Below, piece by piece: positions 9,272-18,581 of a DNA stretch of 64,000 nucleotides (positions are counted from its first letter, which is position 1; every line of letters begins with the position of its first letter). The notes below the pieces were generated by a model. That model was not told the DNA's origin. It made no database searches and saw only the letters and a list, made by a program, of their open reading frames with translations. The stretch lies in IMG/VR virus record IMGVR_UViG_3300029922_000040; one strand, 5' to 3'. The position numbers and the translations under genes were made by a program. Origin of the DNA: a virus (lineage: Duplodnaviria > Heunggongvirae > Uroviricota > Caudoviricetes).

Positions 9272-9511
9272 GTGAGACAGAAAATCGACAAAGCGTTGGA
9301 CAAGTTCGATGAGTTTTTGGCCGGTTTCGACCGGCTATGGAATCGACTCGACCCATTTGATGAAGAGTTACCCGAGTCTACCGTAGTCGATACAACCATT
9401 CGGGTCAGCCTGACTCGAAAGCAGTTAATGGGTTTGCTCCTCGGGGAGAAAAAGCGGTTACTGTTCAAAGTCAAGGACGGCGTAGCCATCCAAGTAGAAT
9501 TGAAGCCATGA
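9272..9511 (+). CDS. hypothetical protein (GTG start with aaggagg SD)
   Basis: ORF. Confidence 0.5.
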   Translation: MRQKIDKALDKFDEFLAGFDRLWNRLDPFDEELPESTVVDTTIRVSLTRKQLMGLLLGEKKRLLFKVKDGVAIQVELKP

Positions 9512-9705
9512 GTGAGTTCACCAACGAGCGGCTACTCGACCTTGTGCGGTACATGCGTTTCCCCCTGTATGAAGCGGGGGTCATCACCGATGAAGAGTAT
9601 GCGGCATTAGTCGCCGACAGCGAAAGTAGGCAACGTGTGGCTCGAATCGAAGAGTGGGACACCTTAAGAAAAAGGCTGGAGGCACAGCATGAGAAACAAC
9701 ATTGA
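9508..9705 (+). CDS. hypothetical protein (65 aa)
   Basis: ORF overlapping neighbouring stop and start. Confidence 0.45.
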   Translation: MSEFTNERLLDLVRYMRFPLYEAGVITDEEYAALVADSESRQRVARIEEWDTLRKRLEAQHEKQH

Positions 9706-10534
9706 ACAGAAATGGCCTAACCACTTCATCGTTATGCGTCACGGGCAATCGAAGAGGAACGTTGACCGTGAGGTTGCAAAGGCTGCTGGCGGGTACGCCG
9801 ACTTCTCTTCAGGCATCCGTGACCAAGACACGCCCCTGACGCCGCTAGGCGAAATGCAAGCTCTCAGCGCGGGGGTGGAGTTACGCAAGAGATTCCCCTT
9901 GAGGACAAGCCAAGTCAAGCATGACTTTGGCTGCGAGTTGGATATGGGGGGGAGCTTTTGCTCCTGCGGCTTGTTGGAAGATGAAACACGTCTCGGCAAA
10001 CCGATTGACGTTCTCTACGTCTCCCCCTACCTGCGTACCCGCCAGACCGCAAATAAATTCATTGAGGGTCTTGGTTATACGCCGGAGCATGTCATTGTGG
10101 ATGAGCGTATCCGCGAGATTGAGTTCGGCTTGTTGGATGGTCTCGAACACGCCGGTATCAAGGCCAAGTACCCGGAGGAGATTGCCCGTAAGGCTAAGGA
10201 AGGTAAGTATTGGTACCGGGCACCGGGTGGCGAGTCTCGCCCTGACGTTAAACTTCGCATCCGCTCGTTTCTTGACACGGTCGTACGGGACTGCCGAGGC
10301 TTGAATGTCATGGTGATATGTCATAGCGTAGTCGTTCTCAGCTTCCGTGCAACGCTGGAGAAGTGGGGCGAAGACGATTACCTTCAAGTCGATAAAGAGA
10401 ACGACGTGAAGAACGCCAGCATCACGCACTATGCCTACGAGCATGTGGGAGCATACCCCAACGGGCTCCCTCACTCGAAGCTGGTGCTCAAAGAATACAA
10501 CTCAATCTTCTACGCGGAGTATGCAACTAAATAG
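9689..10534 (+). CDS. histidine phosphatase superfamily (phosphoglycerate-mutase-like) protein
   Basis: N-terminal RHG motif (IVMRHGQSKRNV) characteristic of the family. Confidence 0.65.
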   Translation: MRNNIEQKWPNHFIVMRHGQSKRNVDREVAKAAGGYADFSSGIRDQDTPLTPLGEMQALSAGVELRKRFPLRTSQVKHDFGCELDMGGSFCSCGLLEDETRLGKPIDVLYVSPYLRTRQTANKFIEGLGYTPEHVIVDERIREIEFGLLDGLEHAGIKAKYPEEIARKAKEGKYWYRAPGGESRPDVKLRIRSFLDTVVRDCRGLNVMVICHSVVVLSFRATLEKWGEDDYLQVDKENDVKNASITHYAYEHVGAYPNGLPHSKLVLKEYNSIFYAEYATK

Positions 10535-10784
10535 ATTGTGAGGAAAGAATGGCGAAAGCAAAGGAAGCAACAAAAAAAAGGCCAGTACCGAGACTCAACA
10601 AGGCTGGTATTCGTGGATGAGTACGAATCTAACGGTCCGACGTGGCGTGTTATCGCCGCTTTGAAGGCACTTCAGCGGCTCCTCCCTGACGGCACCATTG
10701 ACAGCAACCCAAAGAAGGTTCACACTCGCCTTCCCCAACTGGCGGCTCTCTTGGCTACCGCAAAGCCTATGAAGAAGAAAATAG

Positions 10785-11135
10785 ATGAGTGAGAATCTCG
10801 ACCTACCCACTAACGGTTGTGCAGCATGGTCGGAGCCGCAGACTAAACTTGCGCGGCTCCGCGATTGTCTCAAGGCGGAACTGGTCGCTGAGAAGATTCC
10901 CGGCTGTGTGTTTGATGAGTCTATGGGAAAGCACATCGTGCATACCGTGGAGTGGCTCATAGATAAGCTCGTTGATGCTCAGGTAGAACTGCGTGTTGCT
11001 GACGAGGCCCTAAAACTGTTAGCCGATTGTGTTGTCAAAAATCAACCTCTCGGCTTGTTTATGGCCGATGAGTCCGCAACGGAGATTGTTCGCCTTTGGA
11101 AAAACCATGCTGAACTTGTAGTGAAAGGAAAGTGA
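10785..11135 (+). CDS. hypothetical protein (116 aa)
   Basis: ORF. Confidence 0.5.
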   Translation: MSENLDLPTNGCAAWSEPQTKLARLRDCLKAELVAEKIPGCVFDESMGKHIVHTVEWLIDKLVDAQVELRVADEALKLLADCVVKNQPLGLFMADESATEIVRLWKNHAELVVKGK

Positions 11136-11139
11136 TGAG

Positions 11140-11643
11140 ATGAGTTACACATCCCTGTATAAAGTCTTCAAGACCAAGAGGGTGGAGCTTGCAACGTTCC
11201 GTAATAGCTATGGCTCTTGTGTTCCTGTGTGGGATTGGCTCAGCCAACAATACCTGAACAAAGACTCTTGGTTCGGTGCAGATCGTGCTCTTTGGGATTT
11301 GGCTGAAGATCAACGGGTGCCGGTGGATGTTCGCCTGTGTCATGCCTTCACGTTCGACTATGCTGTGGTCAGGCCGGAGCACTTCGCCCGTATGAGCGCA
11401 GCCTGTGTGGAGATGAATCGCATCCTTGAAACATGGCCCAAATGGGTTGGCTGTGTGAATCACTGGGGCACGATGAGTGAGTTCTTCAAGAGTGTCAAGG
11501 AACGGCACAAGATCACCAAGCGGTGCCTCGGTGTTGGAATGAGAGGCACCTCAGTCAGTGACGTGTGGGACAACTACCCACGCTACGGCAAGGATAAGGT
11601 GTTCGATTGTGTTAGTCACGTTTTGAGCGGTGGAGAAAAGTAA
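11140..11643 (+). CDS. hypothetical protein (167 aa)
   Basis: ORF. Confidence 0.55.
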   Translation: MSYTSLYKVFKTKRVELATFRNSYGSCVPVWDWLSQQYLNKDSWFGADRALWDLAEDQRVPVDVRLCHAFTFDYAVVRPEHFARMSAACVEMNRILETWPKWVGCVNHWGTMSEFFKSVKERHKITKRCLGVGMRGTSVSDVWDNYPRYGKDKVFDCVSHVLSGGEK

Positions 11644-12197
11644 TGGGCTGCTGGGAAGAAACTTGTGCATTAACAAATACTCCAATTTATAACGGTGAAC
11701 GGTGCGTCATGTTGGAATTGGATGAACCTCAACTGGGTATCTACCTGAAGTTCTCCCCACTGTCTCCCATGGGTACCAAAGGCTCTGACCACCAATGGCG
11801 GATGTTCAAGGCGCTCCACCGAGGCACTTACAACGACTATGGGTGGCTTGAGGAACTCGATAGGCGGGACCGTTTCTGGCCCTGCATTTTCTTCCACGAG
11901 AAGGTATGGGATTGGGCGTTGAAAACTGCTAAACCCCTACCTGAATGGAAGTTTGAAAGCGACTTGTATCCCAGCCTGTCGTCGGGGCCGTCAGGGTTGG
12001 TTGTAACCGACTGGCTTCGCGACATAGCTCGGGTTTGTGACCTTGCATTCTGGCTGCGGAGAAATATCTTCAGCGGTCTTATGTTTCAAGGACATCAAGA
12101 GGGAGAAATCACGAAGCGGCAACGAGAGGAGTTCTTTTCGTTGCAAGCTGACATCACAACTTGCCAAGAGCAAAGATGGGCTGAGGGGGAGGAATGA
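11643..12197 (+). CDS. hypothetical protein (184 aa)
   Basis: ORF. Confidence 0.55.
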   Translation: MGCWEETCALTNTPIYNGERCVMLELDEPQLGIYLKFSPLSPMGTKGSDHQWRMFKALHRGTYNDYGWLEELDRRDRFWPCIFFHEKVWDWALKTAKPLPEWKFESDLYPSLSSGPSGLVVTDWLRDIARVCDLAFWLRRNIFSGLMFQGHQEGEITKRQREEFFSLQADITTCQEQRWAEGEE

Positions 12198-12388
12198 AGA
12201 CCAATTTTCTCATCGTGCAACATCGGGTATACGGTACCCGCACCATCGCCCGACGCGAGGACTACTCGCACTACTCCACGTACTTGATGGAGGGCAAGAT
12301 AGTACCCGATGCGGTTTTCAACGGCAACTGGGAAGTTGTAGCCGACATCAATGTGAACGAGGCTACTATAGACCTCAAAAAGAGGTAA
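12194..12388 (+). CDS. small hypothetical protein (64 aa)
   Basis: ORF. Confidence 0.4.
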   Translation: MKTNFLIVQHRVYGTRTIARREDYSHYSTYLMEGKIVPDAVFNGNWEVVADINVNEATIDLKKR

Positions 12389-12406
12389 AAACAGAAAGGA
12401 CAATAT

Positions 12407-13192
12407 ATGTCTCATTTTGCTGTAACCGTAATCGGCGAAGAACCGGAAAAACAGCTTGCTCCCTACCATGAATTTGAATGTACCGGCGTTGACAACGAGT
12501 ATGTTCAAAGTATAGATGAGGAAGCACGTGAAACGTGGAAGAGGGATGACGATGACTCCAAGAAACCCTTTTTAGAATTCCTTCAAGATTACTTAAAGAG
12601 CGGTCGGATAGGGCTTCATGGAACCCCCGGACTTCAAAGGTTAGACCCCAACTATGAACGGCCAAAGATTACGACCTGTTTGCCGATGTAGTCAAAGATA
12701 CGCCTGAAGCGTAAGATTCAGCGATTCTTCGCAGGGGAGGGGGTGAAGCCATTGACAAACCAATTCAGCCAATCACGATACTCGAAGGTGGATGGTCCCA
12801 AAATGATCTTATACCTGCTATTAGGTACAAGGTTACTTGCCCCGACGGATGGTACGAGTCAGCAAAAGACAACCTCTGTCACCTCTCAGGAGCCGAGAAC
12901 GGCGTTGATTGACGGCGCTCCGTAGGCACCGTATCGGAGGCCGCAACCAGCACGGTGCGACATCACCTGCACCCGTTCGGAATACATTGAAAGGGCACGG
13001 CGGAAAGCAATTACTACCTTTGCACTGGTAAAAGATGGCAAGTGGTATCAGAGGGGACGTATGGGTTGGTTTGCTTGTGTTTCAGATGAAAAGGATGAAG
13101 CCGTATGGCACCGCGAGTTCTCAGACCTGTTCGATGGCCTCCCAGATAACACGCTCATTACCATCGTTGATTGCCACATCTAAAAAGAATTT
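12407..13192 (+). pseudogene. apparently disrupted gene: protein-like segments in frame 2 (12407-12691), frame 1 (12658-12714, then 12715-12912 after an in-frame TAA) and frame 2 (12926-13192)
   Basis: Adjacent protein-like translations: ..LQRLDPNYERPKITTCLPM*, then TAKDYDLFADVVKDTPEA*DSAILRRGGGEAIDKPIQPITILEGGWSQNDLIPAIRYKVTCPDGWYESAKDNLCHLSGAENGVD*, then APYRRPQ..KWYQRGRMGWFACVSDEKDEAVWHREFSDLFDGLPDNTLITIVDCHI*. No single intact frame exists. Confidence 0.35.
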
Positions 13193-13239
13193 GCAAAAAC
13201 CAACTAAGACCGTCTATACTTCCTCGCAGGGGGAAGGAC

Positions 13240-13497
13240 ATGCCTCGTAGCAACAAAGCATTTGGGTCATACCAAAGTGGCAGCGGGTGTTCTATCGAAC
13301 CAGCGATACCGGCTCGGTGGGATGTTTTCCTTAAGGAACTCAACGTAACAGAAATGGAAGCTCTGACAATACTCAGGAGCCGGTCGGAATTGACACCCCG
13401 TATCCGGTCATGGGTAATGACAAACCACAGGTCAGCCTTTGTTCCTGAAGATTTCCTCATGACCTTGGGCATTCAAATGGAACTGTACGAAAACTAA
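13240..13497 (+). CDS. hypothetical protein (MPRSNKAF...)
   Basis: ATG 13240 with a gggaagga SD, inside ORF 13171..13497. Confidence 0.45.
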   Translation: MPRSNKAFGSYQSGSGCSIEPAIPARWDVFLKELNVTEMEALTILRSRSELTPRIRSWVMTNHRSAFVPEDFLMTLGIQMELYEN

Positions 13498-13505
13498 CGA
13501 GTGAT

Positions 13506-13769
13506 GTGATGAGCGACCAACTTCTAACCCGAGACGAGTTCCGCGAGGGCGTATTCGCTAGAGACAGGCACACGTGTGTGAATTGTCGCAAGCCGGGAGT
13601 TGACGCTCATCACATCATGGAACGCAGACTGTTTCCTGATGGAGGGTATTACCTTTGGGAGCAGGAGAAGTACCCCATCACGGTAGACCCTCTCAATGGA
13701 GCCGGGTGCGATTACAACGCCATCATCCAAGCGGAGGAGTCCAAGCGGACGTGTGGGGATTCTAAATAA
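13506..13769 (+). CDS. truncated HNH-like protein, paralogous to the N-terminus of the 14599 gene
   Basis: LLTRDEFREGVFARDRHTCVNCRKPGVDAHHIMERRLFPDGGY against LLTRDEFRGLVLARDHNTCAHCGSSGVRLDVHHIMERRLFEDGGY. Confidence 0.55.
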   Translation: MMSDQLLTRDEFREGVFARDRHTCVNCRKPGVDAHHIMERRLFPDGGYYLWEQEKYPITVDPLNGAGCDYNAIIQAEESKRTCGDSK

Positions 13770-13803
13770 ATACTAGCCAAAAGTAGGGCACTCCGGGTAT
13801 ACT
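13760..13803 (+). promoter_or_regulatory. conserved phage promoter copy 4
   Basis: TAGCCA 13774-13779, 18 nt, TATACT 13798-13803. Confidence 0.5.
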
Positions 13804-13885
13804 AGGAGTATGTTGATTGTTTCCTTTGGGTGGGTAGTTTAACAATATACCCATCTCAAGAAAACAAACTACCAAACCCATCTAC

Positions 13886-14617
13886 ATGAAAACAAAATGT
13901 GGATGTGTGGATACAGGGCAGTTTTTGCAGCTTTTTAATTCAGGGGCTCTACTTAACGAGATTGGCACAGAGCTTAATGTGAGCCAACGAACCCTGAGTC
14001 GAATCGTAAAACAACTAGGTTTGAACGCGAAGACACGCCCCAAATTTAAGGTGGCGAAGCCGTCATTAACCCGACAGGTGGGCAAAAAATATGCTTACCT
14101 CACTGTTGTTGGAACGGAGTACAACAGCCGGTTACATCAATGGGTGCTGACCATAAAGTGCGACTGTGGTCGTATTTCTACGGAGACGGCACCCAAGCTA
14201 GTCAACGGCGACCGTAAATCTTGCGGAGTTATCGGATGCTCCTATCGTGGAGTCGTACGTCAAGAAAACGGGAAGAAAGCAGGGTGGACGGGATGCGGGG
14301 AGATTTACGGATGTAGGTGGGATCAGTGGCGAATAGGTGCAGAAAAGCGAGGATTGGCGTTCGACATCAGCATTGAATACGCTTGGGAGTTGTTTGAAAA
14401 ACAAGGTCGTAAATGCGCGTTGACGGGAGAGCCGATAAGTTTTGGAAATTCGTGGAACCGAAAATGCACAGCTTCACTTGACCGAATTGACTCCGCTAAA
14501 CCTTACATTGAGGGCAATGTTCAATGGGTGCAGACGCGGGTCAATTTGATGAAACGTAGTATGGATGAGGCGGAGTTCATAGAACTCTGTGGATTGATAT
14601 GGAAGAACCGCTCCTAA
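13886..14617 (+). CDS. HTH + Cys-ribbon + HNH-like homing-endonuclease-type protein
   Basis: HTH-like segment LNEIGTELNVSQRTLSRIV. Cys module KCDCGRISTETAPKLVNGDRKSCG. C-terminal ASLDRIDSAKPYIEGNVQWV...VNLMK, which is typical of HNH homing endonucleases. Confidence 0.55.
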   Translation: MKTKCGCVDTGQFLQLFNSGALLNEIGTELNVSQRTLSRIVKQLGLNAKTRPKFKVAKPSLTRQVGKKYAYLTVVGTEYNSRLHQWVLTIKCDCGRISTETAPKLVNGDRKSCGVIGCSYRGVVRQENGKKAGWTGCGEIYGCRWDQWRIGAEKRGLAFDISIEYAWELFEKQGRKCALTGEPISFGNSWNRKCTASLDRIDSAKPYIEGNVQWVQTRVNLMKRSMDEAEFIELCGLIWKNRS

Positions 14618-15639
14618 CTCGCGACGAATTCAGGGGACTGGTTCTTGCCAGAGACCACAATACTTGTGCCCATTGCGGCTCGTCTGGTGTTCGGCTCGAT
14701 GTTCACCACATTATGGAAAGACGCCTTTTTGAAGATGGAGGGTATAGAATTTCAAATGGAATCTCACTTTGTTCAGACTGCCACGAAGCGGCGGAAGCAA
14801 CCACTATTGATTGTGCAACGCTTCGTGAACGAGCAGGAATCGCAGTTCCTTGCCTCCCTCCACACTTTGAAGCAGATGGTGTGTACGATAAGTGGGGTAA
14901 CGGAATCTTGCCTAACGGTCAACGACTTCAGGGAGAATTGTTTCTGGAGCCCGGAGTGCAGAAGGCTCTGCGGAACAAACTCTACCTATTCACCGACAAG
15001 GTGAAGTACCCTAAAACTTTTCATTGGCCTTCGTCCCCCGGTCTACAAAATGACGACCGGATGCACACGACCACCGACCAATGGGACGGGTTGGAAGTCA
15101 TCGTTACCGAGAAGCTTGATGGAGAGAATACCACCATGGCACGGGATTATATGCACGCCCGGTCGTTGGAATTTAGCACTCATCCATCTCGCACTTTCAT
15201 AAAAGCAATCTGGTCTCGGGTTGCCCACGACATCCCTGAAAATTTCAGAGTCTGCGGCGAAAATGTCACAGCGGTTCATTCCATCGAGTACCATGACCTC
15301 GCCTCCTACTTCTATGTGTTCAACATCTGGCATGGGCAGAACTGCCTGTCATGGGATGACACCGAGACCTATGCCGGTCTACTGGACCTGCCCACCGTGC
15401 CGGTTCTATACCGGGGTGTGTGGGAGGAAGGGCTGATAGATAGCATCGCCAGCGGTCTTGTACCTGAGCGGCAAGAAGGACTAGTCTTCCGTCCCACACG
15501 AGGATTTACTCTGAGGGAGTTCCCCCGGCTTATGGCTAAGTGGGTGAGGAAGGGACATGTGCAAACCGATGAGCATTGGATGAGCCAGCCTGTAAGGTTC
15601 AACCACCGCCCACACAGAGGAGGAAGTAGATGGGGATGA
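14599..15639 (+). CDS. HNH nuclease domain fused to an Rnl2-like RNA ligase (nucleotidyltransferase)
   Basis: N-terminal HNH (CxxC..HH..N..CSDCH). Ligase motif I TEKLDGEN, motif IV EGLVFRP, motif V AKWVRKG. Confidence 0.6.
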   Translation: MEEPLLTRDEFRGLVLARDHNTCAHCGSSGVRLDVHHIMERRLFEDGGYRISNGISLCSDCHEAAEATTIDCATLRERAGIAVPCLPPHFEADGVYDKWGNGILPNGQRLQGELFLEPGVQKALRNKLYLFTDKVKYPKTFHWPSSPGLQNDDRMHTTTDQWDGLEVIVTEKLDGENTTMARDYMHARSLEFSTHPSRTFIKAIWSRVAHDIPENFRVCGENVTAVHSIEYHDLASYFYVFNIWHGQNCLSWDDTETYAGLLDLPTVPVLYRGVWEEGLIDSIASGLVPERQEGLVFRPTRGFTLREFPRLMAKWVRKGHVQTDEHWMSQPVRFNHRPHRGGSRWG

Positions 15640-15818
15640 TTAGGCGACTCGATGAGTGGTGGGCTATCTGCTACAAAGACGGAGCTATAGCGTGCGATGA
15701 CCGAGGACAAGGTCATTTCTATTTCAGCAGACGCGAGGCTCGTATGGCGATGCGCGGTGCCGTAGAGGAGCATGGGGCGGTTCTGCATATTAAAAAGGTG
15801 GCTGTGGAGTTCAGGTAA
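15630..15818 (+). CDS. small hypothetical protein (62 aa)
   Basis: ORF. Confidence 0.35.
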   Translation: MGMIRRLDEWWAICYKDGAIACDDRGQGHFYFSRREARMAMRGAVEEHGAVLHIKKVAVEFR

Positions 15819-15856
15819 TCCTGCGCCCTCACCCAACCGCAGGCAGCACGATCTTT

Positions 15857-16099
15857 ATGGAGCATGGTCCGACGAAGGAAGCCGTGTTCTCAGCCGCCGC
15901 AGAGCCCACACGCCAGCGCGAACGCGAGATTGCGGAACTGCGGGAAGAGATCAAAGCTCTTGGAATTGCTATTAAAGGCGAGAGAATGCGCGACTTTGAG
16001 GCTACGGCGACGGTCTTAGAACGCACCCTAGCCCGCCTGCAACGCGACCTCGCCGTGCTGCTCAAGGGCTGGCGCGAACAGGATGGAGGCACAAAATGA
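15857..16099 (+). CDS. small coiled-coil protein
   Basis: ORF in a GC-rich stretch. Confidence 0.4.
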   Translation: MEHGPTKEAVFSAAAEPTRQREREIAELREEIKALGIAIKGERMRDFEATATVLERTLARLQRDLAVLLKGWREQDGGTK

Positions 16100-16731
16100 C
16101 CGACACAGCAAAGGGCGCGGGCGAGATAGTGGAAGACCTGCTGGATCATCTGCATCAATGGGCGCTGAAACTAGGCAATGAGTCCGAGCTTGGGCCGTTG
16201 AATACGTTCAAGAGAATGACTGCTACGCTGATTGAGCGCGTCTCCAAGGCCGAGCAGGCACTCGCACAGGCGCAGGCGGAGAACCAGAGGCTTACGGACC
16301 TAGTTCGCTACAGCCGCCACTATCTGCACGAAGAGCAACTGATCGACGACAAGGAGTTTGCGGGCTTGGTTGCTGATTCAGAGAACAGTATGCGGGTCCA
16401 GCGGTTGGAAGGCTACGACCGCATTCAAGAGAAAATCGCTGCCCTGCAAGCCGAGCGCGACACCCTCAAGGCGGAGGTTCTAACCCTCAAGAGCGCCAAC
16501 GAGGACGCGAGGCTGAATTACCAGACGCTTGAAGAATACGACAGCGGATTAGCCGATATAGTCAGCAACGATGCACCCGGCGCAGCGATGGCCACTCTTG
16601 AGCAGAAGCTGGCGACGGCGGATGCGCTGCTGAAGAAGCATGTTGACGGAGCGTGTTGCTGTGTGTGTTGCTGTGATGATAACTCTCGCTGTGACCTGTG
16701 CAAAATCACTCTGGCGCACCTTAACCCGTAG
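16096..16731 (+). CDS. coiled-coil protein with a C-terminal Cys cluster (CCCVCCCDD..CDLC)
   Basis: ORF. Confidence 0.55.
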   Translation: MTDTAKGAGEIVEDLLDHLHQWALKLGNESELGPLNTFKRMTATLIERVSKAEQALAQAQAENQRLTDLVRYSRHYLHEEQLIDDKEFAGLVADSENSMRVQRLEGYDRIQEKIAALQAERDTLKAEVLTLKSANEDARLNYQTLEEYDSGLADIVSNDAPGAAMATLEQKLATADALLKKHVDGACCCVCCCDDNSRCDLCKITLAHLNP

Positions 16732-16757
16732 CACCAACACGAAGCAGGAGGGAGCCA

Positions 16758-17063
16758 ATGGCAAACGAAGCGACTAAGCCGCAGGGAGCGGGGGATAAAT
16801 GCGAAGACTGCCACGGGACCGGCGAGGTAGATTTAATCGACGGTCATGAGCAGCCTTGCGCGGCCTGCATGAGTAGAGAATTTGCTGTCAAGTACGCCGC
16901 CCAGTCCGCCGATCTGGAGCAACTGCGGGCGCATTTGGTGTCCTGCATAGCATTTTCTGATTGCGAAGGAGATTGCACCGGGGAAGGAACTTGTGCTTTC
17001 AACATAGCTAAAAAGTATCTCGTATCCCGCGCAGCAACCAAGGGGGTGCAGAGTGCCGAGTGA
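16758..17063 (+). CDS. zinc-finger-like small protein (CEDCHGTG...CAAC)
   Basis: ORF. Confidence 0.5.
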   Translation: MANEATKPQGAGDKCEDCHGTGEVDLIDGHEQPCAACMSREFAVKYAAQSADLEQLRAHLVSCIAFSDCEGDCTGEGTCAFNIAKKYLVSRAATKGVQSAE

Positions 17064-17496
17064 ACTGAGGCCGTGCCCCCTATGCTTGGGGGAAGTGAAG
17101 TGGCACACATCCGAAGTTGCAGGCGAAGGCGGTAACGTGTATCACACGCATAATCTGCAATGCCCTGTGCGGGTTGAATCGCTCTTTCGGGACGATGACG
17201 AACGGATCATCGCCGCATGGAACACCCGCGCGTCGGACTGGCAGGAAATAACGCCGGAGAATCTGCCGAAGTGGGATGCAGAGGATGAGATATACGGGGT
17301 ATCGACCTATGAGGGCAATTCATGGAAGGTGGTAGCAACTGTGTCGAAGACTCACGAACGGTGGGATTACAAAGACTACTTGAATGCAGGCTGGACCCAC
17401 TTCCGCCCGATCAACGCACCCGAGCCCAGCGGCCACCGCATGAGGACCGGCCTGCCGTGCATAATCGGGAGCGGGTTGCCCGTGGTTAAACTATAA
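17053..17496 (+). CDS. hypothetical protein with CPLC..H..C motif
   Basis: ORF. Confidence 0.55.
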   Translation: MPSELRPCPLCLGEVKWHTSEVAGEGGNVYHTHNLQCPVRVESLFRDDDERIIAAWNTRASDWQEITPENLPKWDAEDEIYGVSTYEGNSWKVVATVSKTHERWDYKDYLNAGWTHFRPINAPEPSGHRMRTGLPCIIGSGLPVVKL

Positions 17497-17498
17497 CC

Positions 17499-17621
17499 AT
17501 GAAAAAACTACTGTACCTCTTTCTTGCCTTGCTTATTATATTTGGGATTTACCTAGTCGTGAACGCCGTTTATCATAGCGGAGATAAAGACTACACCACC
17601 GACCCGACTGTAAAGATATAA
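17499..17621 (+). CDS. small membrane peptide (40 aa)
   Basis: ATG 17499 to TAA 17619-17621; hydrophobic core LLYLFLALLIIFGIYLVV. Confidence 0.35.
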   Translation: MKKLLYLFLALLIIFGIYLVVNAVYHSGDKDYTTDPTVKI

Positions 17622-17631
17622 GGGAGCCATA

Positions 17632-18276
17632 ATGAAAATTACCAAGTGCATCTTGTGTCTGGATACCGACCACTATGCTGGCAACTTTGAACGTGAGACC
17701 ACTGCATACGCCACGGGTGTTATCGGTGACTGTGAGGTGGGTGATGAACAGGCCGCTCAGTTCATCGCGGAAACGGACGGGGTAAGCAAGGTCATTCTGG
17801 ATGAGATTTGGGGGAAGATTCTCCACGTCTCCAAAGATGGGTGTGCTCGTCCTTGTGACATTCAAATAACGCCGGGTTGGGTAAACGACGGCGGAGGTAT
17901 TCACTATCGCCAATCGTTTGATGAACCGCCGACCCCGGAGCAGCTTGAGGTCTGGCGTCAGAATAAGCGAGAATACTTTGAGCCTTGCTTGAAGAGCTAC
18001 CGGGAGTCCCTCAAAAAGGGAATAGGTGGTTGGACACCTGAGACACTTGAACGTGAAGAGCAGAGGATGCGGGACATCGACAACGAGGATATCCACTGGT
18101 ACCCGGCTTACTACTCTGTTGGCATCTTCTTCACTGAACCCCTGACCGAGGAAGCGACTTATTTTGTTGTCCAGCGTGCTAAGGCATACCTTACTTGGAA
18201 AGGTGTCACCCTTGAACAAGTACGTCTTATCACCGTGTTTTCCGAGGAGAAGTCGGAGGTTTTGGATGTGCTATGA
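17632..18276 (+). CDS. hypothetical protein (214 aa)
   Basis: ORF with a gggagcc SD. Confidence 0.6.
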   Translation: MKITKCILCLDTDHYAGNFERETTAYATGVIGDCEVGDEQAAQFIAETDGVSKVILDEIWGKILHVSKDGCARPCDIQITPGWVNDGGGIHYRQSFDEPPTPEQLEVWRQNKREYFEPCLKSYRESLKKGIGGWTPETLEREEQRMRDIDNEDIHWYPAYYSVGIFFTEPLTEEATYFVVQRAKAYLTWKGVTLEQVRLITVFSEEKSEVLDVL

Positions 18277-18581
18277 GCGGCATCACCAGAGGAGGGTCGT
18301 AGGGCTTGCCAAAAACCGGGTATTATAAAGACATGAGTAAGTGCCCCAGTTGCGGTCACGCGAGAAAGCCTCGCAGGAGACCTGAGCCATCGACTAACCG
18401 CGTGTTGTGGGTCGATGGTTCTTCGCTTTACGTCCGGGAATATTCGAACTCGGATGCTACGATGGCAGCGGCACATACGACCATTATAACGATGTAATAA
18501 CATGGGCTGAGGAAGTTCGTAAGATGCGAAAGGAACGTCGTGCCACCAAGACCGAAGCCCCAACCAGCACAGGAGAGTACA

